Notes: generated from the sequence alone by a model not told the origin. Positions 15,685 to 29,359 are shown, numbered from the stretch's first letter. The stretch: 64,000 nucleotides of DNA from Eledone cirrhosa (GCA_964016885.1 OZ024746.1:57474001-57538000), one strand, 5' to 3'. A program made the numbers and translations.

Positions 15685-15690
<6 letters not shown>
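15575..15690 (-). mobile_element. 3' end of family G element
   Basis: Homologous to 58357-58470 and to the reverse complement of 44665-44755. Confidence 0.65.
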
Positions 15691-15736
<46 letters not shown>

Positions 15737-15819
15737 ATATAGATATAGATATAGATATATATAAATGTAAGTATGTGAGTATACGTACATACATATATGT
15801 ATACAGACGTACAGTACCA

Positions 15820-15873
<54 letters not shown>

Positions 15874-16027
15874 CATACAGGTACACATACATATATGCAC
15901 GCATCAGTGTAGCGGACGCTTATTATAACGCCGCTTTGTTCGATTGTCAACAAACTGAACAGCCTGGATTTATACCGTACTGTGTTAAGGCAACCACGTC
16001 ACCTTTTTGTTCAACACTGACACAGGA

Positions 16028-16070
16028 ACGATGTACTAGTTTCAAGCTTGTTAGCTATCATCAGCACCGT
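16028..16070 (-). ncRNA. Type I hammerhead ribozyme (family A)
   Basis: Reverse complement of 16143-16185. Confidence 0.88.
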
Positions 16071-16142
16071 TTACCCATCTGCCAGTACCCATCTGCCAGA
16101 TAGTTGAACTTTCGAACGTTCAACTATCTGGCAGATGGGTAA

Positions 16143-16185
16143 ACGGTGCTGATGATAGCTAACAAGCTTGAAACTAGTACATCGT
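16143..16185 (+). ncRNA. Type I hammerhead ribozyme (family A)
   Basis: ACGGTG-CTGATGA-T-AGCT-AACA-AGCT-T-GAAA-CTAG-TA-CATCGT; GUA triplet, palindromic stem III ACTAGT. Confidence 0.9.
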
Positions 16186-16351
16186 TCCTGTGTCAGTGTT
16201 GAACAAAAAGGTGACGTGGTTGCCTTAACACCGTATGGCATAAATTCAGGCTGTTCAGTTTGTTGACAAACGAACAAAGCGGCGTTATAATAAGCGTCCG
16301 CTACACTGATGCGTGCATATATGTATGTGTACCTGTATGTATATATGTATA

Positions 16352-16417
<66 letters not shown>

Positions 16418-16579
16418 TGCTACTGTACGTCAGTATACATATATGTATGTACGTATACACACATACTGACATTTAAGTAAGTGCCATACTAAGAGTGAGA
16501 AATGAAATTTCGTTTTCATTTTTTTCAACTTATATATATATAGATATATATATATATATATATATATATAGATAGATAT

Positions 16580-16614
<35 letters not shown>

Positions 16615-16645
16615 TATATAGATATATGGATATATATAAATATAT

Positions 16646-16698
<53 letters not shown>

Positions 16699-16704
16699 TA
16701 TATG

Positions 16705-16735
<31 letters not shown>

Positions 16736-16743
16736 GATATATG

Positions 16744-16782
<39 letters not shown>

Positions 16783-16788
16783 TATATG

Positions 16789-16819
<31 letters not shown>

Positions 16820-16827
16820 GATATATG

Positions 16828-16881
<54 letters not shown>

Positions 16882-16916
16882 ATAAATAACAAAGAACGCC
16901 TATAGCATATGCATAT

Positions 16917-16974
16917 CTTTACTTGCTAACATTGTTTCATCCGCACTATAAGCGGGACTCATCAGAGCATAAAG
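16917..16974 (-). ncRNA. Type I hammerhead ribozyme
   Basis: Inverted copy of 20178-20235. Confidence 0.82.
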
Positions 16975-17583
16975 GTTAATTACATACCATATAAGCAATA
17001 ACAAATCCAAGACATTGAAGAATGAAAAATAATAGAAGATAAAGGATATTAAGGAAGTAAAAGTAAAAATAAGAATAAAAATAAAAATAAAAATAAAAAT
17101 AAAAATAAAAATAAAATAATAAAATAAACAATGAAAAATAAAGGGTGCTATCAGTCACAGTTGGGCGGGGTGCTGTCAACATATAGTTACATACAAGCAT
17201 ACACATGGATAAGAGAACAGACAAGAGTAGATAAGATAGATAGGATTAGGTAAGAGTAGGTAAAAAATAGGTGAAAAACAGACTTATAATATATATAAGA
17301 AAATATAAAGAAATATATAACAAACTTACATATAAAATATAAAATATACAGATAATAGTAATACAGGGTAAGGAATGAAATAAAATAATATATAATTAAA
17401 ATTAAAATTATATAAAATAGAACATAATATAATATAATCATAAAATAAGATAAAATAAGGTAAACTAAAATAAAATAAAATAGACTAAAGTAAAATAATA
17501 TAATATAAGATATAATTAAATGTAATTAAATAAATAAATAAATAAATAAATAAAATTAAATAAAATTAAAATTAAAATTAAAT

Positions 17584-17623
<40 letters not shown>

Positions 17624-19536
17624 ATGAAATTAAATAAGTAAATAAATAAAATTAGATAAAATGAAATGAAATAAAATAAAATAAAATAAAATGAAATAAA
17701 GTAAATTGAGATAAGATATATATTTTTCTAGAATATGTCTCTTGAATATATCAGGGGCCCACGAAGGCACTAAGTGTCACAGTTATCTGTATCACTTGAC
17801 CATTTTTTAAAAATATATTTCTTGAAAATATCAGGGGCCCACGAAGGCACTAAGTGTCACAGTCAGCAGTATCACTTGACCATTGCAAGGCAATGGAGGC
17901 GTCCCAGGTTGGGCAGTCTCAAAAGTTCACTCGAAAGTCACGGGTGTGCATTCACACAGTTGAGCGGTGGGGTAATCACAAACCGGTTCACACCCGGACA
18001 GGAGTCCAATGGTCAAAGAGAGGTGCATCGAAGGAAGGTTGGAGAATTCACGTGCAGTAGCAAGCGAGGTGCAGGCGGGTTAGCCAAAGCAAGCAGACAC
18101 AGTTGGAGCGCATACAAAAGATATATAAAAAGACAAAAAATATATAAAAAATAGCTTCAAGAGCCATGAATTCACCGCATTGGGACATCACAAGATTGTA
18201 CACATCAATATGTTCAGCACGTATATGCACATATACACACCACATGCATATGCAGAGACGGTATACATATATATATATATATTTTTTTTTATATACAGAC
18301 ATATACAACCACCTACACCCATACACATATAAATGTATACACAGACACACACGCACACACACACAGCGTAGGACACCCGGGTCAAAGCTGATATTAAACA
18401 CCGAAATACCACATTTGGCAAGACCCACCACCACGGATAATACATTCAAAATAAATACATACGATGAGATGTAGTAAAATAAAGTTGAATTCCTACGGAG
18501 ATAATCATGTCCGCACGTGCCATTGCCCGATTCAAGTGTACACTTGAATCGGGCAATGTTATATATTTCTTTATATTTACTTATATATATTATAAGTCTG
18601 TTTTTCACCTATTTTTTACCTACTCTTACCTAATCCTATCTATCTTATCTACTCTTTATTTTACTACATCTCATCGTATGTATTTATTTTGAATGTATTA
18701 TCCGTGGTGGTGGGTCTTGCCTAATGTGGTATTTCGGTGTTTAATATCAGCTTTGACCCGGGTGTCCTACGCTGTGTGTGTGTGCGTGTGTGTCTGTGTA
18801 TACATTTATATGTGTATGGGTGTAGGTGGTTGTATATGTCTGTATATAAAAATATATATATATATGTATACCGTCTCTGCATATGCATGTGGTGTGTATA
18901 TGTGCATCTACGTGCTGAACATATTGATGTGTACAATCTTGTGATGTCCCAATGCGGTGAATTCATGGCTCTTGAAGCTATTTTTTATATATCTTTTGTC
19001 TTTTTATATATCTTTTGTATGCGCTCCAACTGTGTCTGCTTGCTTTGGCTAACCCGCCTGCACCTCGCTTGCTACTGCACGTGAATTCTCCAACCTTCCT
19101 TCGATGCACCTCTCTTTGACCATTGGACTCCTGCCCGGGTGTGAACCGGTTTGTGATTACCCCACCGCTCAACTGTGTGAATGCACACCCGTGACTTTCG
19201 AGTGAACTTTTGAGACTGCCCAACCTGGGACGCCTCCATTGCCTTGCAATGGTCAAGTGATACTGCTGACTGTGACACTTAGTGCCTTCGTGGGCCCCTG
19301 ATATTTTCAAGAAATATATTTTTAAAAAATGGTCAAGTGATACAGATAACTGTGACACTTAGTGCCTTCGTGGGCCCCTGATATATTCAAGAGACATATT
19401 CTAAAAAAATATATATCTTATCTCAATTTACTTTATTTCATTTTATTTTATTTTATTTTATTTCATTTCATTTTATCTAATTTTATTTATTTACTTATTT
19501 AATTTCATTTATTTATTTATTTATTTATTTATTTAC

Positions 19537-19568
<32 letters not shown>

Positions 19569-19598
19569 ATTTAATTTTAATTTTAATTTTATTTAATT

Positions 19599-19638
<40 letters not shown>

Positions 19639-20177
19639 TTACATTTAATTATATCTTATATTATATTATTTTACTTTAGTCTATTTTATTTTATTTTAGT
19701 TTACCTTATTTTATCTTATTTTATGATTATATTATATTATGTTCTATTTTATATAATTTTAAGTTTAATTTTATATTATTTTATTTCATTCCTTACCCTG
19801 TATCACTATTATCTGTATATTTTATATTTTATATGTAAGTTTGTTATATATTTCTTTATATTTTCTTATATATATTATAAGTCTGTTTTTCACCTATTTT
19901 TTACCTACTCTTACCTAATCCTATCTATCTTATCTACTCTTGTCTGTTCTCTTATACATGTGTATGCTTGTATGTAACTATATGTTGACAGCACCCCGCC
20001 CAACTGTGACTGATAGCACCCCTTATTTTTCATTGTTTATTTTATTATTTTATTTTTATTTTTATTTTTATTTTTATTCTTATTTTTACTTTTACTTCCT
20101 TAATATCCTTTATCTTCTATTATTTTTCATTCTTCAATGTCTTGGATTTGTTATTGCTTATATGGTATGTAATTAAC

Positions 20178-20235
20178 CTTTATGCTCTGATGAGTCCCAC
20201 TTATAGTGCGGATGAAACAATGTTAGCAAGTAAAG
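20178..20235 (+). ncRNA. Type I hammerhead ribozyme
   Basis: CTTTA-TGCT-CTGATGA-GTCCCACTTATAGTGCGGAT-GAAA-CAATG-TT-AGCA-ag-TAAAG. Confidence 0.85.
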
Positions 20236-20381
20236 ATATGCATATGCTATAGGCGTTCTTTGTTATTTATTATATCACGGCTCTGTCCTCAGACATCGAG
20301 CTAACCTTATACTGCCTGCTGGATAAGTGGAGTGTTATACACCCCTGATCCTCTCCCTAGTATACTATATATATATATATA

Positions 20382-20565
20382 TAGAAGTGGTTACACAACA
20401 GTTAGTTCACCATACCGAGAACAATTGTTTCACCTTAGGATCCGCTACGTGAAACAATTGTTCTCGGTATGGTGACCTAAATGTTGTGTAACCACTTTTA
20501 CCTAACTCGTCCCATGGACTGAGTGCTCTAGCATTACGGATATTACCTTCCAGTGTTCCACTACT
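20382..20565. mobile_element. Fold-back element family C, second copy
   Basis: Hairpin 20385-20497; the left arm read on the minus strand gives an HHR 3' half GA-TCC-TAA-GG-T-GAAA-CAATTG-TT. Confidence 0.8.
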
Positions 20566-20650
20566 ATATATATATATATATATGAAATTATATATAGAGA
20601 GAGTCATAGCTCTTCTAGGCCAACGTCCGTTGAAATCTTCTATCGAGAAA

Positions 20651-20773
20651 CAATAATTGTTTCTACTTTTGGCACAAGGCCAGCAATTATTCCATGTATT
20701 ACTGATACTTTATTTTATCGACCCCGTAGGGATGAAAGGCAAAGTTAACCTCGGCGGGATTTGAACTCAGACC
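20651..20773 (-). mobile_element. Octopus-type SINE fragment
   Basis: Matches consensus. Confidence 0.8.
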
Positions 20774-20789
20774 ATACATATCATTGTGT

Positions 20790-20845
<56 letters not shown>

Positions 20846-21343
20846 TGTGTGTGAGTATGTGTGTATTCATATTTATTCAAACTTCCATTCATTTTGAAAT
20901 GCCTCGAAGGTTGAGATCATCTATTAATATATTAATATTACATAGGCGGGAATATTTACAAGTTTAGATAAAGCGGGTGGTAAAGTTAAGACATGATATA
21001 AACAGTCAGAAATACTACTTAAACAGAGCCGTGAAATCTTCGATAGCCTCATTTTGCCATTTGGAAATGTGTTGAACTGGCATATATAAATGTAAAGCAT
21101 TTAAAATAAATTATTGGACATTATTACTACAAGCTGTCTACTGTATATTGATGAAATGTCGAATGAACACGCAAACTAATCTGCATCGTTACGGATAGCT
21201 TGCGACAAACCTTGGACAATCTTATGAAATTTTAATATTATTGGAGTGCTGAGCTAAGTATAAATGAATAGAATATGTTACATAGGTTATGGAACTGTGA
21301 AATCAATAACGTGTTTAAAATGCTTTGTTGAGACCTTTTCATT

Positions 21344-21375
<32 letters not shown>

Positions 21376-21381
<6 letters not shown>

Positions 21382-22272
21382 TGCAAGGTGGAAGAATTAT
21401 TAGATAAAATATACACAGTCTATTCTCACCCTAGTCCGTAGGAATCAACCAGATAAATAATCATTTAAACGAGGCTATAAGTTTAAAATGTAACTATGAA
21501 GAAATAATAGACAAATGACAGACTATTTTTCCGCCAGGAACAGTCAGATAAAATGTATCTAGTCATTCCTTTTAGCCCGTAGAAATTAACTAGACAAATA
21601 ATCAATTAAACGGAGCTAGGTCTAAAATATAAGTTAGAAGAAAAATTAAATATTAACTTTACCAAAATCCCTCTAGGCTCGAATGTCGATAGTTTCGCTC
21701 GTCCTTTGTGGATACATCCGATCCTGGTATTATCCATGAAGCTTCGAGCTTATCAAAAGACCCCTAAGTTTGGACTAAAATTTCTACAGTGATCACCGCC
21801 GGAAATGAATTCAAAAATGGCTAAGAATCGTCATGTGGCTAGTGGTCGGATTAGAAAATTGTGAATGGTGGCCAGGCGGCAGATAGTCTGGCTGCTAGAA
21901 AGTGCAACCAGATACTGCCTAAAGTTTTTCTCTACCGTACAGGAGTATATATTGAATTCATAGGGATATATGTATATATTTAGACATATATTTAGACATA
22001 GTCACAGATACATATATGTGTATGGCTAGCTTTCACGGTGTGGCTCAATGAAACATTTAATTAAGCAAATAATTATTTATCAGAGCTATATATAAAATGA
22101 CAAGTTTGAAGAATTATTAGGTAAAATACACAGTCTTTCCTCGCCCTAGACCGTAGGAATCAACCAGATAAAGAATAATTTAAACGAGGCTATAAGTTTA
22201 AAATGTAACTATGAAGAAATAATAGACAAATGATACAGACTATTTTTCGTGAGGAACAGTCAGATAAAACTT
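21376..22272 (-). mobile_element. Partial-tandem element (~715 bp period, ~170-bp direct repeats) carrying a variant HHR
   Basis: ~21390-21552 repeated at ~22108-22270; microsatellites on both flanks. Confidence 0.7.
21673..21767 (-). ncRNA. Hammerhead motif with U3-A8 core variant, degenerate stem III
   Basis: TTAGG-ggt-CTT-TTGATAA-GCTCG...CGAGC-GAAA-CTATCGACAT-TC-GAG-CCTAG. Confidence 0.6.
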
Positions 22273-22280
22273 CTCTCTCG

Positions 22281-22545
<265 letters not shown>

Positions 22546-22594
22546 AATTTATATATATATATTTATTTATTAATATATTTATTTATTTATGTAA

Positions 22595-22698
<104 letters not shown>

Positions 22699-23015
22699 AT
22701 ATATTTATATTATTTATTTCAGGCTGTATACTACTGAGTAGAAATGATGGTGAGGGTTGATAAACGTGTGAAAATCAGCCATCGTAGAAATGGTATCCCG
22801 TGGCTGGTGAAGCAACGAAGTTCGGCATTCATTAACACTACAACAGAGAGCCGGACAGGAAATATGTGTAGTGCTTTCATAGAATTAAAATTCTAAAATA
22901 AATGTTGCTGTTGTTTTAATGTACAGATACACACACACACACACACACATGCAAACACACATACACACATATACAAACAAACACACACACACACATACAA
23001 ACACACATATAGATG

Positions 23016-23046
<31 letters not shown>

Positions 23047-23185
23047 ATGTGTATGGATGTATGTGTGTGTGTCTGTGTACAGAAACTTAGGAAAATTAAC
23101 AGAGGGAAGACAAGCCACCCAACGAAAACAAGGCAAAACGAAAGGGTGAACGGCTGTTGAGATGGACTTTGTCAGTTTCTACCAA

Positions 23186-23940
23186 TTAACAATAATACTG
23201 GTGGCCACCCGGGGACACTTGATTTTGACCGGTTCCGTACGGTGGCCTTTTACACTAGCAACATAGTAGGTATCGCTGTGCGTTGTAGCATTCATGTCCC
23301 TGAAAAAAATTACACATCTGCTTGCCACGTCTCACATACTTTACTCATCCCATCGAACGGCTTTCGTCCCCTCGTATTTAAGAGCCGTGGCGTAAGGTCT
23401 GACAATGCAGCTATCGTGCTTATAGTTGAACATTTCGCACAGGATCAATCTCACTCAAGCACTTCAGCAAGCACGCTGAGAGAATCTCCAGTCTTCGAAA
23501 ACAACTAACTTACCAGCTTGAACCGGAGAAATATGGGTCCAGTAGCAATGGACGATTTCCATAATTCCCCGGCCTGGTAATACTACCTGGCTGCACTGCC
23601 AGTAAGAGACAATCTCTAGAGGCATGGAAGTGTGATCAGCTGGAACTCTCTGAGATGCGTGCAAACCGAGGAAACCGTCCTGCACGCACTCATACAGTGT
23701 CCGTGTTTGCTGACTTTTGGATATTTTTCTAACAGTTGCAATCGTATTTTGGTCATATCCGGCTATTAGCTGTGTCCCGCATGGAAATCGACTCACCACC
23801 TTCTTTTGGTCAAGAAGGGTAGACATTTTCTCTCTCTGGTCGCTGTAAAATATTGTATAATTATATGTGTTTGCCTTTTGTCTATCTCTCTTGTCTATTT
23901 CATTAAATGACCTTTCTATGTAATCTTTCAGTTTACACAT
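23186..23940 (-). pseudogene. Decayed Cys/aromatic-rich ORF of unknown family
   Basis: 158-aa ORF continues through stops and a frameshift as ..RAC*SA*VRLILCEMFNYKHDSCIVRPYATALKYEGTKAVRW..CNFFQGHECYNAQRYLLCC*CKRPPYGTGQNQVSPGGHQYYC*; GC is higher than the flanks. Confidence 0.4.
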
Positions 23941-24945
23941 AATTTATTCGTCTATGTAGTGTGTTTTTTGTCTTTTTTTTTTTTATATTCGAATGTTTAC
24001 TTTCAGAATTATTTTGAATAAACTTTCGCATGTGCTAAAACAATATATAGCATTGTGAAATTCACTCATCGCTTGAATTGTTGCAGAAAGGATATGTAGG
24101 TTTAAGTCATTTATGAAATATATTAATACTATAGTCGGTAATTGAACCTTGTGATATATTGGCAGAGTATGAAGAAACTTATAATCTGCAGATGGACACG
24201 ATTTTAATCTGTATTGAAAAGGTTCCCAAAACACTCAGATTAAACATAAACATGGAATATATTTTCAAAATTCTGTTTAAAAATTCGTTTCTGATATTGT
24301 AAATTAAAACTGGTTAACACAACTGAAGAATACATAATCCTGCAACATGAGATTTGATGGGTTAAGAACAAATCTCTTTGAACGGCCTCTCCTGATAATT
24401 CAACACAATAGTATTTTGTGACAAACTTAATTAAACCTGAATCACAAACTATCTATGTGTTTGATAGTCAGATATATAATATACCCATCTAAGTGAATCT
24501 TGGCAGAAATCGCTACATATTCGGTTCAAACAACAGATTCTAATTGTATAGAATAGAGACTCCATTATCGATCGTATTATATCTGGTGTCAAGATGAAAC
24601 CTAATCTTCATTAGCTTTGTTCTCGTTAATCCATCAAATGCACACGGTAAAAGGGAAGTATTACAAAGAGTTCACGATATTTTGAAAAGGAATGTCAAAA
24701 TGGGTTTCTGTAATGCTGACTCGTTTGTTACTATGGATTCATGCATTACAAGATGTGCATTTAAATGGACAGCAGCGATATCAAGACAGATTCTGTTAAC
24801 ACATTATCAACGATCATATATTTCTTGAAGTAGTTCCCGCGATTATTCATACGTGTATGAATGTCATCCCTCAAAGATGTTCACTATATAGCAACCCTAT
24901 TCACACAACTAGACATGCCTATGTATTGGTGTAATTATTTAATGG

Positions 24946-24996
<51 letters not shown>

Positions 24997-25001
<5 letters not shown>

Positions 25002-25178
25002 GTTTCTACGTTTGGCACAAGGCCACCAATTACGCAGTGCATTACAGGTACTTTATTTTATCAACCCCGTAAGGATGAAAGGCAAAGTTAACTTCAGCGG
25101 GATTTGAACTCAGAATGGCAAGGGCCGTAACTCTATAGCGTCAAAGCATGGCGTCCAACTCTCTACAGATACAGCCAA
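24997..25178 (-). mobile_element. Octopus-type SINE
   Basis: Matches consensus. Confidence 0.85.
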
Positions 25179-25395
25179 TAATGAAAGAGGGTAATATTCA
25201 TCGTCAGTTGTATGCTAGGAATCATAGGTATTTCTTCATATATATATATATATATGTCTTTGTGTGTGTGTGTGAGTGAGTCTGTCTGTGTGTGGGGGGG
25301 GGGGGGGTTAAAAGGTAAACAGAAATAAAAACACAATCGGTACGGTATATGGAAGGAATATATTAGGTTAAAGCTTGAAATAGCAGGAAGAAGGT

Positions 25396-25429
25396 CTTAA
25401 CGTTTCGGACGCTAGTCTTTCACCAGAAG
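25396..25429 (-). ncRNA. Degenerate PLE-type hammerhead
   Basis: CTT-CTGGTGA-A-AGACTAGCGTCC-GAAA-CG-TT-AAG (core A6 changed to G). Confidence 0.55.
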
Positions 25430-26548
25430 GAAAAATTAGGAATTAGATAGATTGAAGGGACGGGCGGGGTGGAATATCAAGTCCATTCATGGTGCCATCT
25501 CTTGGAGGTAAATATACTTTCTATTTGTTTGAATTTACTTTAAAACAAGTTTTAAGATAGGATCACAAAGAGGATTTATGAATGATTGTTGTTTGTTTAC
25601 CAATCATGCTCCTGTTAGTAACCAAATATCTTAAGTATCTGTAATATGGCAAGAATAATGGAATCCTAAATTCATCACTACAACCGGTATATATGTAAAT
25701 AGACATCCTTCAACACTTCTTTTCTAGAGACCATCGACATATATCTGCATATATTAGAATGGAATGCCATGAGACAGACACCCATGGCAATTGTTTTGAT
25801 GAATGAAATATCCATCTGGAGAGATTAACCTTAAGTGGATATGCATTTATGAATCAGCTGTAACATTAACATAGTTATATATGAATTATTGCCAGAAACA
25901 TTGTATGGCATGGTGTGATCCATTCTATAACAGTTGCTTTCGAATCTGAAGCCTTCCAGTTTACCTATTTTAACTAATACGTTGTGGGTTGATCTGAAAA
26001 TATGGTAAATAATATTTGCTCCAGATGTCCTCTGGTGGGATTGAACCGAAATCTAATGATTGTGAAACTATTCGTGCAAGATTCATTCACTCAGCCTGTT
26101 GTATTCCACCACATAATATTCCTCCTTTGTTTCTAACTAAAATATATCTGTCTTTGTGCCAAAACTAGAACAAAATATTTATTATTACCATCATGAACAC
26201 AATCATCATCATCCGCCATGGAAATGGATTAAATACAGTAAGCAGTAATGAACAATTGCACCTGCTACCATGGCAACTCGTACAGAAAACGAAACAACCA
26301 CAAAAAAGCAACAAACCAATACAATATTAATTCGAACCTCAACAAGTGTTTCAATGAAATTAATTTAGTGTTTCAACCTAATTATATCGAATTGTCTGCA
26401 GTATTGTATTTTCATTAATCTGTAAATGTTTTATAATAATACACCTACTATAATATCTCACCTTTTTAAATGATCAAGTATCGATCTCACATTTTTCTTT
26501 CTTATGGTTTGTATTGATATTTTTCTTTTTATAATTGTTTTTCACCAG

Positions 26549-26623
26549 ATATCTAGAACATCAGCTATAGCAGTTAAACAAATAGCAGAAGCTGCATCAG
26601 TTGTAGGTGTAGCTTCAACATAA
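26549..26623 (+). CDS. Possible terminal coding exon (ISRTSAIAVKQIAEAASVVGVAST*)
   Basis: Long polypyrimidine tract and TTTTCACCAG acceptor, then 25 codon-like triplets to TAA; no upstream exon identified. Confidence 0.3.
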   Translation: MSRTSAIAVKQIAEAASVVGVAST

Positions 26624-27866
26624 ATAACGAAAAAGTGCAAATACAATGATATAAGAATTAATGAATATAGCAGTAATTATTTAGTTTAAACAATTTTAGA
26701 ATAAATAATATTTTTTACTATTGAAGGTACTCACTTATCTTTATTAAATCCGGAATGATGAAAGACAAACTTCTCCTCTTTATCATGTGTAAGGCATGAA
26801 TTTTTGGCTATTCCTTTTGCTAATAATAATGAATGTTCTGACTTTATTTTCGTTTTACATTGGCATAAAGCAAAAAATATTAAACCTCCGATTTAACATC
26901 ACTTAACACGCGGGTCTGGTGTCTCTCTAGAGAGGGATCAGCTCCACCAGGCTTAAAATGCCTCAGAAATAATGTATGCCAATACAGCGTCCCTACGAAT
27001 TTTATCAGGGGTTACAGGACGAACGAGGAGGAGAGGAAAACATGGGTAAATTTGCGGTCATACTTCACAGGAAACTTTCTGTACCGGTCTCTACTTTAGG
27101 GAAACCTTCTTCCCTTCCTTCAAAAAGAACTTGTAGTTCACACCTTCCATACGTTTAATAAATGGAGATGCATGCTGATATTTATTCTTTCGCAGCATTT
27201 AGCTCGTCTTAGCCAATGTCTCCTGAGTTGATACAACCGACAGATCCATTGTGTACGCTTGGAAATTTACGAGGGGGCACAGGACAACAAGGTGTGGCAT
27301 TGGGTTTTGTTGGAAATCAGGGAAAGCCGAGAAAAGAAATAGGTAGAAAATAAATATTATTAGCAGTTTGTAAACTTCTCAATATAAATAATTGAAAATA
27401 TGTAGATTGAATCTTCATTGTATAATGTTTCACCAACATTACAGTGTTTGTGAGATGCTGAGGCAATAAATTCTCTGAAAAGGAGAGGTATCCACAAAAG
27501 ATGTCTATACTAAAATCAGACTGCTTTCCGCAAAAACAGCAAAAGTGAAATAATCGTTTGTCGAGAAAAAAGATTATTCTATAAATAATAATAAAAATTA
27601 AGTCTAACGAGAAGATCTGTCTTTTACTTAGGCCGAATTTACTGATGTAGGAAATTAATGGATGTTAAACTAATTATTACTTTGAAATTAAAAGTGTTCA
27701 ATTCAATTTATTTTAAATTTGAGTTAATAATTGCGCACATGCCGATTTTACACACACATAAAGACGCCGACACACACACACACATATATATACTCTCTCT
27801 CTCTCTCTCTATCTATCTATGTCTCTCTCTCTCTCTCCCCCTCTCTCTCTCTTTCTCTCTCTGTGA

Positions 27867-27903
<37 letters not shown>

Positions 27904-28297
27904 CATACATATATATATATATATATCGCCAGTTTGTACGAGTCATTTTTCTTTTTACTTAATTTGTTTATCGGACGAACAATACTAATAACCGTTACAA
28001 TACATGTAATTAGAATGTTCCAGGTTTCGTGGCAATGTTCGTGTCTGATTCTCGGCAAAAACACTACCGGATTACTTAAATCACCAATTAGAAATACGAT
28101 TTAGTATATCAAATGCTGAAAACCTAATTTCATTTCCTATTTCAGCACACCCAAATCAACAAAATCACAAACTTACATCACTTAGACATATGCTCTACAA
28201 GTTACGCACACTGCCGCCTGTGTGAGTGTGTGAGTGGCTGTGTGCGTGTGTGTGTGCGTAAATTGTAAGTTGTAAATTTATATATACATATATATAA

Positions 28298-28368
<71 letters not shown>

Positions 28369-28490
28369 AGTTCATGTGTATGTATATTTATAAGTATATA
28401 TGTGTATGTACATATATGTAGGTTAGCTTTCAAATGCATAAGTGACCGTTTTTGCGTGCAGTTCTCTTTATCTCTCTCTCTCTCGTTCTC

Positions 28491-28621
<131 letters not shown>

Positions 28622-29327
28622 GTGTGTCAGTGTATGTTCAGTCGTCTATGTGTTATACTTTCCACTTTCCAACCCACTTCCTCACCCTCACTCTCATTAT
28701 TTGTGTCAAATTGAAAAGCGAGGAGCGTTTTCTTCTGAAAAGAATAGTAGGTGGTGTTAATTTATTTAACTGTCAATTACCTAGAGTAAGCACAGCTAAT
28801 AACATTACTCCATCAGCTAGTAGTTTAATCGAATTACACCGATATGCTATTGATGTATTTTACCTTCTATCTAGAGCATACCCATGTGATATGTGTAGGT
28901 TTTATCTCCAGTTATCGATCTCAATTTCACTGTTCAATACAAGCTACGACAAATTGGATCACGCTCCGAAACTGTTTCGCTATTCGATATGTTCAGATTG
29001 TGACACTTAGTTAGATTTGTGCTGAAGCAAATGGAGAAGGAGTGAGTTGGATAGATAGATAAATAGATATATAGACAGAAAGTAAGGCAGAATGACAGAG
29101 AATCAAATATCATTAGGTAGGCTCCAAACATAAACACATACATAAATAGACACAGGAACGCCAGCACTTACGCACACACAGTCACACACATATATGGAAT
29201 ATATGTATGTATATATCCGTATATACATATGCACACATACACGATGACTGTCGTTTATATATATATATATATATATATAAACGACAGTCATCGTGTGTGT
29301 ATATATATATATATATGTGTGTGTATG

Positions 29328-29359
<32 letters not shown>

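Larger units (their letters stand above)
15762..16530. mobile_element. Family A palindromic insertion with two HHRs
   Basis: ~320-bp inverted arms meeting at GTTGAACTTTCGAACGTTCAAC (~16103-16124). Confidence 0.9.
16878..20365. repeat. ~3.4 kb near-perfect palindrome (arms ~16878-18482 / ~18656-20275) of an HHR-bearing non-coding element
   Basis: Mirror-image ORFs in the track (e.g. 17774-18154 + equals 18978-19358 -); HHR near both outer ends. Confidence 0.93.

Noticed and set aside
17774-18154. 126-aa ORF present twice (also 18978-19358)
   Set aside because: The duplication is just the palindrome; alternative start codon and no recognisable domain
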